From an uncultured Candidatus Saccharibacteria bacterium (GTDB lineage: Bacteria > Patescibacteriota > Saccharimonadia > Saccharimonadales > Saccharimonadaceae), in NCBI GenBank assembly GCA_963514865.1, contig CAUPVL010000001.1, positions 1 to 33,519 on the forward strand: DNA of 33,519 nt, written 5' to 3'. The notes beneath the pieces are model-generated. The model was not told the origin of the DNA, did not search any database, and was given only the letters and a program-made list of their open reading frames with translations. Shown here one piece after another: positions 9,247-19,126 of this stretch. The position numbers were made by a program, and so were the translations under genes. Within the stretch, counting starts at the first letter, position 1. Every line of letters starts with the position of its first letter.

Positions 9247-12003
9247 ATGGTTAGTGTACCTGCATATACTATGGAGCCGATCTTTGTCAAGAACGATGCT
9301 GGAGGAGTATTCCTGCTAGATAGCCTACGCAAATGCGTTACGTATGATTCTACCTCTGGAGAGTCTACCCTGGACTTCACCTTGCCAAGTGACGATAGCC
9401 ACATGTCTGCTATTACCCCTGAGGCTCAGGTCCGATTTAAGGGCAAGGAATACCGAATCCGAGGGATCACCCATTCCAAAGACTACATTACTGGATATAC
9501 TAAGACGGACGTCTACTGTGAGCGCCTCCGGTACAACCTGAATTATGCTGGTCAGGTAGAACAGCATGAATTCTCTGGTGCTGACATCATAGAGACGTCT
9601 GCTCTGGTCCTAGGCAACAGTGGCTGGTCCATAGGCAGATACGACACTCAAGACGTCCTCAACTGGACTATGGAGAAGGGTACCGTGCTTGGGTCTATTC
9701 ACAAGATCGCCAAGATGTATAGTATGAGTGTGGTCTTCCATGATGAGTCCAAGACCATAGACATGGTGGCTAGTCCTGGCAGACAGCGAGGCACATTCTT
9801 CACCTACTACCAGGGGATTGCTAGCGCTACCAGACGCGTAGACTCCTCTAGCCTAGTGACGCGTATCTATGGACAAAATGCCGAGGGAGCTACATTCGCT
9901 GACATTAATGGAGGTAAGCCCTATGTGGAGGACTTCACCTATACTAATGAAGTCCGTGAGGCCACCTACGACTTCCAAGGAGCGACGAGTCCTCAGGCGA
10001 TGTTGAACTATTGTCAATCTTATATCAAGAGGAGGTCTCGTCCTCGGTTCAGCTATGAATACACCCTCAGGGATCTAGAATCCCGCACAGAGGAATTGCA
10101 ACGATTCGAGATCTTTGACGAGGTCTTTATCCTGGATGAGGACTTTGGTAGCTCAGTCAAGGCTCGGGTAGAAGGCCTACAGATCGATTGGCTAGATCTG
10201 GGAGAGAGTAAGATCACCCTGGACTCTAAACTAGCCTCCTTGTCGGGTGGAGGTGACAACGAGCCTGGAGGCATAAATGCAAGTCCAATATCCGTCTATA
10301 AGGATGGCAAGACTAATCCTGCTCAGGTAGCAGCACGCCCCCAACCACCTACCAGGGTACGTGTAGCCTCTAGCGGTTATTGGTATGGGGACCAAGCATG
10401 GTCCAGCATCCGTGTGACATGGGATCCAGTAGAGCGTGACGTCAATAACGCTCCGGTGAAGATTGCTTACTACCTGGTAGAGACCAGTGGTGGTAAGCTT
10501 GCAGCTAGCAACACCTCCGCTACGGAGGTAGAGATAGACGGCATCCGTATCAGGACTACCGTGAATGTACGGGTCCGCGCGATAGCAGAGAGTGGACTGG
10601 AATCTGGCTGGAGCCTGGGTGTAGCTGTGGCCACTAGCGCTCCGACCACACTACTAGACCCCCCCACGGCTCCATCCCTCTCCAGCAGGGAGGGTATGGT
10701 AGTTGTGGCTTGGGATGGCAAGCTCCGGTCCCAGGATGGAGGTTTAGCCCCTGCTCCACTGCACCTAAAGCACGTAGTTGTGGAGGAGTGGGTCACCGAC
10801 CACTGGGAGGCCCGGGGAGCTCTGAGCGCTAGTGGAGAGCTGGTCATCCCCAGGAATGATGCTGTGGGTAAGGACTTAGAATACCGATTCATCTCTGTAG
10901 ATACCAGTGGACAGGTGGGGGGCACCAGTACTAAGACCACAGTACGTGTGGTCAATGCCACTCAATCTAGCATCAACCAGGCCATGACTGATGCTAAGAA
11001 TGCTCTAGCAGAAGCCAAGGGTGCTAAGACCACAGCAGACGGGAAGAGCCGCATCTACGTACAGACCAGCCGACCACAAAGTGACGCTAAAGCGGGCGAT
11101 CTATGGTATAAGCTGGATGCTAGCGGTAACATCACAGAGGTACTAGTAGCCGCTCAGCAGGGGACGGAAGTGGTATGGAATCGCCGCAATATGGTGGCTA
11201 GTAGTGTGCTGGTACCCGGGAGTGTAGGCTCCACCACCATACAAGACGGCGCTGTGACCTCCACCAAGATCGTAGCAGACAGTGCCCTGGTCTCCAAGCT
11301 GATGACTCCGGAGCTGATGGCTGGCCGCATTCAATCCTCCTACCTGAATGCTAATGCCATTGATGGTAAGACTATCACAGGAGCTACCGTGCAATCCTCT
11401 GCTAGTGGCAGACGTACCGTACTCAATTCCCAAGGAATAGAGGTATTCAATGCTCAGGGACAGTCCCAGGTGAGGTTGGGTTTTAACTATGCTACCGGTC
11501 TGGCGATTGCTGATCCGAAGACCGGTAGCATGATTGAGGCTAGCGGGATGATCTTCGGTGCGAACTCCATCGCCCGGATAGACTCCTACCGTAACACATG
11601 GCTAGGCATGGCACCTACCGGTAATCAATCCCAGCCATGGCGTAGGGTAGGGCAGTATGGTAGTGCGCTACAATCCCCCACCAAGCGGGCGAATATAGTA
11701 TGCTATTGTGGTGTGGCTACTAGGGCAAACTCCTTGGAGACGAATTCTATGCAAGTGGTGCTGAATGTGCACAGCAAGGCTATGCCTAGCAGCCCTACTG
11801 ATGGGCTGCTGTATGCAGGGCGTAATGCCGAGAACTGGGAAGACGTACTATTCCGCAATAGTGAGTTCTTCATACTCAACGAGTATGTGTCCTGGTCTGG
11901 CACAACGGCATATCCTGTGATTTGGTTCTACAATAAGAATACTCCAGCATCCCACAAAGAGATATACGTATGGTCTAATGATTGTTTGGTGATCCCAGCA
12001 TGA
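9247..12003 (+). CDS. Tail-tip protein (Tal-like N-terminus, FN3-like repeats, probable receptor-binding C-terminus)
   Basis: LVTRIYG Tal-type motif; FN3-like VTWDP...VRVRA...SGWS and VVAWDG segments; AKAGDLWYK; beta-helix-like IQDGAVTSTKI segment. Confidence 0.8.
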   Translation: MVSVPAYTMEPIFVKNDAGGVFLLDSLRKCVTYDSTSGESTLDFTLPSDDSHMSAITPEAQVRFKGKEYRIRGITHSKDYITGYTKTDVYCERLRYNLNYAGQVEQHEFSGADIIETSALVLGNSGWSIGRYDTQDVLNWTMEKGTVLGSIHKIAKMYSMSVVFHDESKTIDMVASPGRQRGTFFTYYQGIASATRRVDSSSLVTRIYGQNAEGATFADINGGKPYVEDFTYTNEVREATYDFQGATSPQAMLNYCQSYIKRRSRPRFSYEYTLRDLESRTEELQRFEIFDEVFILDEDFGSSVKARVEGLQIDWLDLGESKITLDSKLASLSGGGDNEPGGINASPISVYKDGKTNPAQVAARPQPPTRVRVASSGYWYGDQAWSSIRVTWDPVERDVNNAPVKIAYYLVETSGGKLAASNTSATEVEIDGIRIRTTVNVRVRAIAESGLESGWSLGVAVATSAPTTLLDPPTAPSLSSREGMVVVAWDGKLRSQDGGLAPAPLHLKHVVVEEWVTDHWEARGALSASGELVIPRNDAVGKDLEYRFISVDTSGQVGGTSTKTTVRVVNATQSSINQAMTDAKNALAEAKGAKTTADGKSRIYVQTSRPQSDAKAGDLWYKLDASGNITEVLVAAQQGTEVVWNRRNMVASSVLVPGSVGSTTIQDGAVTSTKIVADSALVSKLMTPELMAGRIQSSYLNANAIDGKTITGATVQSSASGRRTVLNSQGIEVFNAQGQSQVRLGFNYATGLAIADPKTGSMIEASGMIFGANSIARIDSYRNTWLGMAPTGNQSQPWRRVGQYGSALQSPTKRANIVCYCGVATRANSLETNSMQVVLNVHSKAMPSSPTDGLLYAGRNAENWEDVLFRNSEFFILNEYVSWSGTTAYPVIWFYNKNTPASHKEIYVWSNDCLVIPA

Positions 12004-13022
12004 TTGACATCAGTGTAGACCTGACTAATGAGATGATGTGGTCCATGCTCACCACAGGAGATTGCGAGTATCTAGACCCCATCTATAACTCATACCAGCA
12101 GTGGTATGGAGCCGACTATCCCAACATCAAGCAGTATAGTGGTACTGTAGTCGCTGGAGGCTTCGAGCCGGAGCCGGGTCATCGTACGCGGCTCCCTATC
12201 ACAGAGGTGATGCAAGAATCTGGTGAGCCTCCATATAATAAGGAGGTGACATGTGGTATCACCATCAGGAGTGAATATGCTCCCAGAGTGGGTAACACAC
12301 AGGTGGTGCTGCAAAACAGCCGTAAGGTCCCCAAGAGGCAATCCCTCACGTGGAAGTCCCGGGGTAATAACATATACACGACCACATGCACTCTCCCCAT
12401 ACCAGATGAGCGGAACCTGGTGTGGTCGCTGCTACTACCAGCGGGACTCCCCAGTAATACTGTGATTGTCAACGTCTCCGCATTCGTGCGGAATAAATCC
12501 TTGGTCCAGGAGACTCTGAAGGTTCGTCATCCTGAGCTAGGTAAGTTGGTAGACGTGACCACAAAGCTCATGGGAAGCACCTCTGCCAGACCACTAATAG
12601 TGACCTCACTGTATGGAGAACAAGAATCACGCCGGGATCTAAATCTAATCCGTGCTCAGTGGGACCTAAGCAGCCTAGTAGGTGCCCCTACCAGGCCAGG
12701 GAAGTTGCTAGTGCTGTGGCCTCTGCCAGTAGTATCGGTAGATCCTATAGCTACAGGCAAGTATCCTGCGGAAACCGTCCAAGCCTCCTACAGGTGGAAT
12801 ACCTCCCGACCGGTGAAGATTTTCAGCCATAGTTCTCCAGATCAACGAGGCAATCCAATATCTAATCTGGCTCTAGCATCTAACTATATGTTCCCTCCAG
12901 CAATCATCACGGTGCCTGATGGGGAATCGTCTGCTATGTTAGAGCTGATATTCAGTGCGAACGGCGCTCAGGACTACGAGGTTGGCCACCGGATACCCAA
13001 CGCCACATTTATACCGTGCTAG
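12000..13022 (+). CDS. Putative minor tail / receptor-binding protein
   Basis: ATGA overlap with the upstream stop; C-terminus NATFIPC parallels the upstream protein's DCLVIPA; position in the tail module. Confidence 0.55.
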   Translation: MIDISVDLTNEMMWSMLTTGDCEYLDPIYNSYQQWYGADYPNIKQYSGTVVAGGFEPEPGHRTRLPITEVMQESGEPPYNKEVTCGITIRSEYAPRVGNTQVVLQNSRKVPKRQSLTWKSRGNNIYTTTCTLPIPDERNLVWSLLLPAGLPSNTVIVNVSAFVRNKSLVQETLKVRHPELGKLVDVTTKLMGSTSARPLIVTSLYGEQESRRDLNLIRAQWDLSSLVGAPTRPGKLLVLWPLPVVSVDPIATGKYPAETVQASYRWNTSRPVKIFSHSSPDQRGNPISNLALASNYMFPPAIITVPDGESSAMLELIFSANGAQDYEVGHRIPNATFIPC

Positions 13023-13032
13023 CTAGCCAAGG

Positions 13033-13061
13033 TTGCGCCACCACACAGCGGGTGGTATAAT
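13033..13061 (+). promoter_or_regulatory. Sigma70-type promoter for the lysis cassette
   Basis: TTGCGC, 17-nt spacer, TATAAT with extended TGn. Confidence 0.8.
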
Positions 13062-13089
13062 ACTTATTACTCTACAGAAAGGACAGGCA

Positions 13090-13857
13090 ATGGATCAATT
13101 CCAATGCACGGTAGATTGCTACACTACCGCAGACAGTGGTCCACGGGACCCTTATCAATGTCAATTCGGTGTATTTCACACCACCGAGAATGGTGATTCC
13201 GTCCGCGCTCTAGACATTGCTATGTGGCAACAGAACCCTGCTAATGGTTCTAGCTACAACGTACTAGTAGGTACCGATGGCACTACAGTACGGTCCAACG
13301 ATGACGACTATATTCCTTGGTCAGCAGGTTATACTGGCAATATGAGGGGCATCCATCTGTCCGCGATTGGACGGGCTGCTCGCACCAGGGAGGATTGGCT
13401 CGCTCATCCTGCACAGATTGAGGCAATGGCTCAGTGGACTGCACATCTGCATACCCAATATGGATTCCCTCTGGTGTGGTTGAGTGCTGCTGACCTGCGA
13501 GCAGGTAAGGAAGGCTTCACTGGACATGCCCAGATCTCAGCAGCATGGCATGAGGTAGACCACACAGATCCCGGCGCGGGATTCCCCCACGATGTGGTGC
13601 TCAGTCGTGCTCAACAAATTGTCAATGATCCCGACTCTTCCTTAGGAGAAGAACCTATGTCTAACGACGCAATCCTTGCTAAGCTCAATGAAATTCAGAC
13701 CACACAGCGAGAGATCCTCCGTCAGCTCGGTCAGCCGGGTGGTTGGCCACAGGGAGGCCGTCGCACCCTATATGACCTGACCTCTGCCATTGCGGAGAAG
13801 CAATCCATCCCCCACACCTACGATACCCTCGCTGACGATACTCAAAAGAAGGAGTGA
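13090..13857 (+). CDS. Endolysin, N-acetylmuramoyl-L-alanine amidase (Amidase_2 type)
   Basis: HTTEN, SYNVLV, WSAG, GHAQIS and HTDPG motifs; C-terminal GWPQGGRRTLYD; start ATG 13090 after AGAAAGGA. Confidence 0.9.
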   Translation: MDQFQCTVDCYTTADSGPRDPYQCQFGVFHTTENGDSVRALDIAMWQQNPANGSSYNVLVGTDGTTVRSNDDDYIPWSAGYTGNMRGIHLSAIGRAARTREDWLAHPAQIEAMAQWTAHLHTQYGFPLVWLSAADLRAGKEGFTGHAQISAAWHEVDHTDPGAGFPHDVVLSRAQQIVNDPDSSLGEEPMSNDAILAKLNEIQTTQREILRQLGQPGGWPQGGRRTLYDLTSAIAEKQSIPHTYDTLADDTQKKE

Positions 13858-13867
13858 TACTACCTAC

Positions 13868-14158
13868 ATGGCCCCATACCCGGAGCTAATACAAGCTCTA
13901 TCCCCGATACTAGTGGCGATCGTCGCTGCATACAGTAGTGTGGTCGTAGCTAGGATCGGTCGGATTCAAAAGGAAATCTCCACCGAATCCAGTACCAAGA
14001 ATCTAGGCGAATCTGTAGACCAGATCAGGGGACAGGTGAATCAAATAACGCATGACCACCCTGACGTGCTCAGTGCCCTAGAGTATATAGAATCCGAGCT
14101 CCAGCTGATCGGTAAACGTCTGGACAGCATAGAGCTCCATAACCGAAAGGACGTCTAA
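13868..14158 (+). CDS. Single-TM membrane protein with coiled coil (lysis cassette)
   Basis: Hydrophobic ILVAIVAAYSSVVVA followed by a heptad pattern; AAGGAG RBS before ATG 13868. Confidence 0.7.
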   Translation: MAPYPELIQALSPILVAIVAAYSSVVVARIGRIQKEISTESSTKNLGESVDQIRGQVNQITHDHPDVLSALEYIESELQLIGKRLDSIELHNRKDV

Positions 14159-14162
14159 CCTC

Positions 14163-14432
14163 ATGGAACCGGTGACTGCTATTGCTACCGTACCAGCGGT
14201 ACTAGCCCTAGTAACACTAGCTAAAGACCTAGGTATGCCCTCCCGCCTAGCACCTGTACTAGCCCTGGTGCTAGGTGTGGTGCTAACCCTACTGCACACC
14301 CTTGGTCTGGGAGAGGGCATCACCACACACAATGTGTATGGGCTGATCACCAGTGGTATGATCCTGGGCCTGAGTGCATCTGGCTTGTACGATGGCTCTA
14401 AGCTCATCAGCCAGGACAAGCAAGCTAGTTAG
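14163..14432 (+). CDS. Holin
   Basis: 89 aa with 2-3 TM segments; GLSASGLYD motif. Confidence 0.85.
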   Translation: MEPVTAIATVPAVLALVTLAKDLGMPSRLAPVLALVLGVVLTLLHTLGLGEGITTHNVYGLITSGMILGLSASGLYDGSKLISQDKQAS

Positions 14433-14446
14433 CACAACCACACCCC

Positions 14447-16273
14447 CTAATTACTGTCCTTCCAACCGGAAGATCGTAACCCCTTCAGGCTCACAGAGGT
14501 ATGGGCTTGCTCGGATTCTTCATCATAGGAGGGGCAGATTTTCATATCGTCATCCAGATAGAAGGTGCCGGATCCTGTCTTGCTCTGCACATCCATACGT
14601 AGGGTTGGTCGGTCCTTAGTAGGAGACTGAAGACTGATGATGAAGTCGCACCAAGCATGGAGGGCTGTGGACCCAAGGATGCGGTCTTGCATAGATTCTA
14701 TCTTCCCCGTCACACTCTTACGTGTGTGGTGTACAAAGATAATAGCGCATTTGGTCTCTGTGGCTACCTCCTTCACGTCGCTGAGCACACTATACATATC
14801 GGCAGAGTTATTTACGTCAGCACCACCAATGGCCATGCTGAGTGTGTCAATGATGGCGAGCTTAAGGCGATTCTCCTGGATGATCTTTCGAAGTCGGGTC
14901 TTATCCAGCTGGACAGACAAATTCATAGGGCTAAAACTGATCTTGAGCTTAGTCTTCTTAGGGGGATGCCATACCAGGTCCGGAGTGATATAGCCCCTCC
15001 AATTATAACGCTGGCGATGATCATCCTTGCTGAGCATATGGTCTAGCCGTGACATGAGCAAGGGTTTACCATCCTCCAGAGCGAATAAGCCTACGGGGAG
15101 TGACCTAGGGATTTCAATACCGAGGGCATTGGTCCCAGTGCTTATCCCCAGAGCTAGCTCCAGGGAGAGCCTAGTCTTGCCCACTTTTGGTGGAGCTACT
15201 AGCATGCCACAGCCACCCTCTGGTATCAGCCCTGGGACCACCCACCGCATAGGCGTCTGAGAGATTTCCCCCATCTGGTCCCAATCTAGCACCTCGCTAT
15301 TGATAGCACGTACCACATCTGGAGGGAAGCGGATATCCCTCCATGACATCTCTGGAGGGTATGCCATGCCGTACCTCGCAGGCCAACCGTCCTCGGTATA
15401 GCTAAAGGCTGCTTTATTAGCCACCCTTCTAGGCTCTCGGGGGCTTCCCGGACCAGATAGGGGCTGTGTAGCTGTAGCAGGTGTGGTCTGCCTTCCGCTG
15501 GACCGGTAAGCTTTAGCTACATCATCACGAAGCCGATCTGGAGATTCCCGCCATTTATTCCATTTGCATGAATTCAACATCTTAAATGCTAGCTCTTGCT
15601 CTACACCAAGCTCCGCAAATGATCTCGCAAGCTTCCATAAGATCTTACTACGGTCACCTGTAGGATTATTCCTCCCCATGACCATAGACATATCCCTGGA
15701 AAGCCCCAGATAGTGGGAAATCCTTGCAATCAAGCTACCGCTTGAGACGGGCTTTCCGTGGGAGACTAGAACCTTCCCACGGAAAGCCTTCTTCTTATGG
15801 TGGATGCTCCCTGGTATGCGTAGTAATTGCCCTACATCTACCCCAGACCGGTCAGCACCAATCGCATGAGCTAGGACCCCCATTAACCGATCCCGGTGAA
15901 ATTCCCCACTAGAGATTTGGTCTTTCAGCAGCCAGATAGCTTGCTTATGCCCTGGAGACGTCTCCCACACGTAGGAGGGCTTTAGCTGCATGAGCAAGTC
16001 ATCATTGAAATTATCATCACAATCGACCCAGACCACACGCTGAGGGCCAAATCCATGCCTACGGCGTGTAGGCTCCGTAGCTACAGCAGGAGTCCAATAC
16101 CAGTCATCGCCACTAGTGATTTTAGGAGTGAAGCTGACCACACGGTGGTGGCCACCATCAATGAATTTCTCCGTAGGCCTCCCAATGTGGTGGATGTGCG
16201 GAGTCCACGCATACCCGGTCACTCCTGAGTGACGCCATACTCGCTTCATGATGGCTTGATACTGTTTATCCAC
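14447..16273 (-). CDS. Primase-helicase fusion (RepB-like primase plus RecA-fold AAA_25-type helicase)
   Basis: WVDCD, WETSPGHKQAIW, LLRIPGSIH primase motifs; Walker A APPKVGKT, Walker B IIDTL, IIFVHH, GSTAL. Confidence 0.85.
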   Translation of the reverse strand: MDKQYQAIMKRVWRHSGVTGYAWTPHIHHIGRPTEKFIDGGHHRVVSFTPKITSGDDWYWTPAVATEPTRRRHGFGPQRVVWVDCDDNFNDDLLMQLKPSYVWETSPGHKQAIWLLKDQISSGEFHRDRLMGVLAHAIGADRSGVDVGQLLRIPGSIHHKKKAFRGKVLVSHGKPVSSGSLIARISHYLGLSRDMSMVMGRNNPTGDRSKILWKLARSFAELGVEQELAFKMLNSCKWNKWRESPDRLRDDVAKAYRSSGRQTTPATATQPLSGPGSPREPRRVANKAAFSYTEDGWPARYGMAYPPEMSWRDIRFPPDVVRAINSEVLDWDQMGEISQTPMRWVVPGLIPEGGCGMLVAPPKVGKTRLSLELALGISTGTNALGIEIPRSLPVGLFALEDGKPLLMSRLDHMLSKDDHRQRYNWRGYITPDLVWHPPKKTKLKISFSPMNLSVQLDKTRLRKIIQENRLKLAIIDTLSMAIGGADVNNSADMYSVLSDVKEVATETKCAIIFVHHTRKSVTGKIESMQDRILGSTALHAWCDFIISLQSPTKDRPTLRMDVQSKTGSGTFYLDDDMKICPSYDEESEQAHTSVSLKGLRSSGWKDSN

Positions 16274-16542
16274 TGGACTACCTCCTGCGCAGATGGGTCG
16301 CAGGATACAAATGTCTTGGCTCCTGCTTGGTCAAATTGGTCCAGCACATAACGTTGTGCTGCACTAGGCTGTGCATATGGGTCCCTCTTAGCCTCTATAG
16401 CGAAGAATTGCCCATATGCACAGCCTAAAATGTCGGGAGTACCTCGCAGCTGCATGGCACTCCCATGGGTGCGGAGGGCAAACACCCCCGGGATGCTATT
16501 GAGTGTGGTCAGCATCTTGCGGACGATGTCTGCTTCCTTCAT
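16246..16542 (-). CDS. VRR-NUC domain nuclease
   Basis: GTPDIL...AIEAKR...SAAQ motif; 98 aa. Confidence 0.9.
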   Translation of the reverse strand: MKEADIVRKMLTTLNSIPGVFALRTHGSAMQLRGTPDILGCAYGQFFAIEAKRDPYAQPSAAQRYVLDQFDQAGAKTFVSCDPSAQEVVQWINSIKPS

Positions 16543-16554
16543 TATGATTAATAG

Positions 16555-17331
16555 CTATTTAGCAGCTTTACGGTGCGATCGCTTAATAGTCCGGCGCTTA
16601 GCAGGGGCTTTGGTTGCGCGTCGGGGAGCAGGCTCTGGATCTTCATCCTCTCCTTCATCAGCGAAATCATCATCTTCGTCATCAAAATCATTGCCTTCAA
16701 CATCGCCATCATTACCGGATGTGGCGGGTTCATCGTCCTCAGGGAATTCGTCATCGAGATCAGACTCTTCGTCATCAAAATCATCAGAGTCATCATAGTC
16801 CTCCTCGTCATATTCGTCATCTTCGTATTCGTCTTCATATTCGTCTGACTCAGGCTCATCATAGCTGCTAGGGTCTTCAGATGAAGAGCCAGAATCCTCT
16901 TCAGAGTTAGGTCCCTGAGTAGGATCTTCCATCTCAGCGGTGAATTCCGCACTATATACTCCAGTGAGGGTTGACCGCTCGACCCCATTATAAAGGTCAT
17001 CCTCCACCTCTGCAGAGATCACAGCCCCCACAATAGCCTCCGGATCCAGCTTGATAGCACGCTGTGGGACCTTTTGACCAGCTGCTACCAGAATGTCCCG
17101 AAGCTTCCAGAGCTGATTAGGCTGGAGCTTGCAGTAGAAGGGGAGCAGACGAGTCCGGAATTGCTGACTAGTCGGCTGAAGGCCATAGACAACCATCGGA
17201 GTGCCGTCCTTAGCTTCAGTCTGTTGTACAGATGCGATGCGCATCCGGTAGAGACCAATGGGCATCTTGCGAGTATTCCATGAGGAGCGTTCCTCAGTCT
17301 TGGAGAAGTCAATAGTGATCTTTTTAGCCAT
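16555..17331 (-). CDS. Putative ssDNA-binding protein (DUF669-like) with long acidic tail
   Basis: N-terminal IDFS...MPIGLY...GTPMVV...LWKL pattern; long D/E tract; follows the AAA ATPase gene. Confidence 0.65.
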   Translation of the reverse strand: MAKKITIDFSKTEERSSWNTRKMPIGLYRMRIASVQQTEAKDGTPMVVYGLQPTSQQFRTRLLPFYCKLQPNQLWKLRDILVAAGQKVPQRAIKLDPEAIVGAVISAEVEDDLYNGVERSTLTGVYSAEFTAEMEDPTQGPNSEEDSGSSSEDPSSYDEPESDEYEDEYEDDEYDEEDYDDSDDFDDEESDLDDEFPEDDEPATSGNDGDVEGNDFDDEDDDFADEGEDEDPEPAPRRATKAPAKRRTIKRSHRKAAK

Positions 17332-17345
17332 GATGGCTTCCTTTC

Positions 17346-18014
17346 TTAGGATTTGGTCCAGCCGAGCAGAGAATCCAGACGCTCTACGCTGGGATTGGGC
17401 AAGAAGGGCGGACGCCCCTTATATTCGGCAGATCGTGCTCCTGCGACCACACCAGGTGTGGGTGTGAGCCAGAGCCGCCGACGGTATTTGCCATTGACAT
17501 TGGCGATATACAGACGACCAATGCAATCGGACATCGTAATCAAGGATCGTGCAGCCCCTTGAGGCAGATCAAGAGTAACAGACGCAATCACCTCCTCATC
17601 ATCATCTTCACTGACCCAGTCTTCAGTAGGAGCCACCAACTTCTCCTGGCAGAGGATGACGACCTTACGGCCTTCTCCCTTCAATCCTCGGATCAGAGTC
17701 GCCAGAGCTTGGTTAGTAGCCCCCCACATGCTGAGGGTAGGGGTTTTACCTCCGCTCATAGCATGGAGCATATGCTCATGCAGGGCAGTAGCTGTGTCTA
17801 CGACCACATGTGTGTGACTCTTGAGGAATGCTGGGCTAAGCACCTCACGATTCAGATTGGACACGCTTACGTCATTTATTACGGTGAATCCTGAAGTGTC
17901 GGTGCCAATAAGGCCATCGTCCGCATTGATGATAGCCGTCTTCCCTCGGGGAGCTCCCTTCAGGGAGAATGTGGTCTTACCTACCTTAGGCTTACCATAG
18001 ATAGTGTAGATCAT
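17346..18014 (-). CDS. AAA ATPase (AAA_24 / Sak4-like recombination protein)
   Basis: IYGKPKVGKTTF, VVVDT, VILCQE motifs. Confidence 0.85.
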   Translation of the reverse strand: MIYTIYGKPKVGKTTFSLKGAPRGKTAIINADDGLIGTDTSGFTVINDVSVSNLNREVLSPAFLKSHTHVVVDTATALHEHMLHAMSGGKTPTLSMWGATNQALATLIRGLKGEGRKVVILCQEKLVAPTEDWVSEDDDEEVIASVTLDLPQGAARSLITMSDCIGRLYIANVNGKYRRRLWLTPTPGVVAGARSAEYKGRPPFLPNPSVERLDSLLGWTKS

Positions 18015-19126
18015 TGATTAGTCCCATCCTTTCTCTGGTTAGGGTAGTAGTCTAGGGGATCATGTGTGGTCGTGTACCGGGTTTGCTGCTCTAGGGTGCT
18101 AGATCCGTGGATCAGGTCTGCCACAGTCAAGTCCTTGAACCTGCACATATACCCGCTACATTGTGCCAGATTGCGCTCCACACGGTCAGGATCATCCCAG
18201 TGGTAATTGAGCATACGCTTAGTAGATGTGAAGAATGACTTGAGCTGACGTGTAGCCTGCTCCTTAGTAAAGCACATATAGTCACGACGGAATAGGTCGG
18301 TATAAGTGCGATTCTGTAGTTCCTCCAGAAAGTCTGCTACGTACTGGCGCTCCGTAGGGTCTGGAATGCTAAGCATATCCTCCCCCTGGATTACGGAGAG
18401 CATATTATTATCTAGCAGCCATTTGCGGAATACCGGATAGGTGGTGCCAATGGGCTTCAGAGTCCGAGAGAGTCGACCTGTCTTTGTCAGTGTAGGCGTG
18501 CGGATGGCCCCAGTCTTGCAATAGTCATAGATGAATCCCTTCGGTTGAGGAATTCCCAGCTTCAGATATTCTGGGGATTTGCGACATGCCCATAGATAGC
18601 TGTAATTCTGGAATGATAGCTCTCGGTATCGCCATTCAGGGAGCTGAGCATGGGTTTTATGGTCCAGAAGCCATACATCACCTACAGAATCCCGCACCAC
18701 TAGGTCTATCCGTCCTCGGTATAGGGCTTTGCCATGGAATAAAGGTCGCTCCACCGTGATCTCCGCTGTGATTGGCTCCAGCTCATCATCATGGTACACA
18801 TACTCGTAGCTGAGCATGATATTCTCACACTCAGCAGCTAAATCCATAGCCACCTCGTCAAAAGATTCTGATCGGAGCTGCTCCGTCAGCTCAGCATGCT
18901 TTGTACGCCAATCTCGACCATTAGCACGCTCTTCAAGCAGGGAGTGGATCCATGTGCCTCGAGTGAGCGGCTTGCTAGTAATGCGCGGACGTAGCCCAAG
19001 CACAGTGCTGTAGTATACCTCCCTAGGGCAGCCCACAAAGCTGCTAACCATACTCTGGGTGACCACGGGGACGCCTTGCGCTGTAGTAGGCCACCAACCA
19101 CACACCCCCTGCTTAGTAGGTGGCAA
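18011..19126 (-). CDS. Cas4-like / PD-(D/E)XK exonuclease
   Basis: CPR...GTWIH...GRIDLV...LLDHKT...QNYSY...CSGYMC motifs; probable TTG start at 19126 after GGAGGT (the ORF track start at 19225 overlaps the polymerase gene). Confidence 0.85.
   Translation of the reverse strand: MPPTKQGVCGWWPTTAQGVPVVTQSMVSSFVGCPREVYYSTVLGLRPRITSKPLTRGTWIHSLLEERANGRDWRTKHAELTEQLRSESFDEVAMDLAAECENIMLSYEYVYHDDELEPITAEITVERPLFHGKALYRGRIDLVVRDSVGDVWLLDHKTHAQLPEWRYRELSFQNYSYLWACRKSPEYLKLGIPQPKGFIYDYCKTGAIRTPTLTKTGRLSRTLKPIGTTYPVFRKWLLDNNMLSVIQGEDMLSIPDPTERQYVADFLEELQNRTYTDLFRRDYMCFTKEQATRQLKSFFTSTKRMLNYHWDDPDRVERNLAQCSGYMCRFKDLTVADLIHGSSTLEQQTRYTTTHDPLDYYPNQRKDGTNQ

Noticed and set aside
9247..13022. Diversity-generating retroelement or invertible tail-fibre cassette
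   Set aside because: No reverse transcriptase, invertase or template/variable repeat pair was seen.
14433..14446. Bidirectional terminator between the convergent holin and primase genes
   Set aside because: The gap is only 14 nt and shows no convincing stem-loop.
16548..17000. Alternative-frame ORFs over the acidic tract (M/T/K-rich, S-rich, H-rich)
   Set aside because: These are shadows of the GAY/GAR codon repeats in the 16555-17331 gene.
18011..19126. Cas4-like gene as part of a CRISPR-Cas system
   Set aside because: I found no repeat-spacer array or other cas genes; it sits in the usual phage nuclease/ATPase/SSB recombination module.
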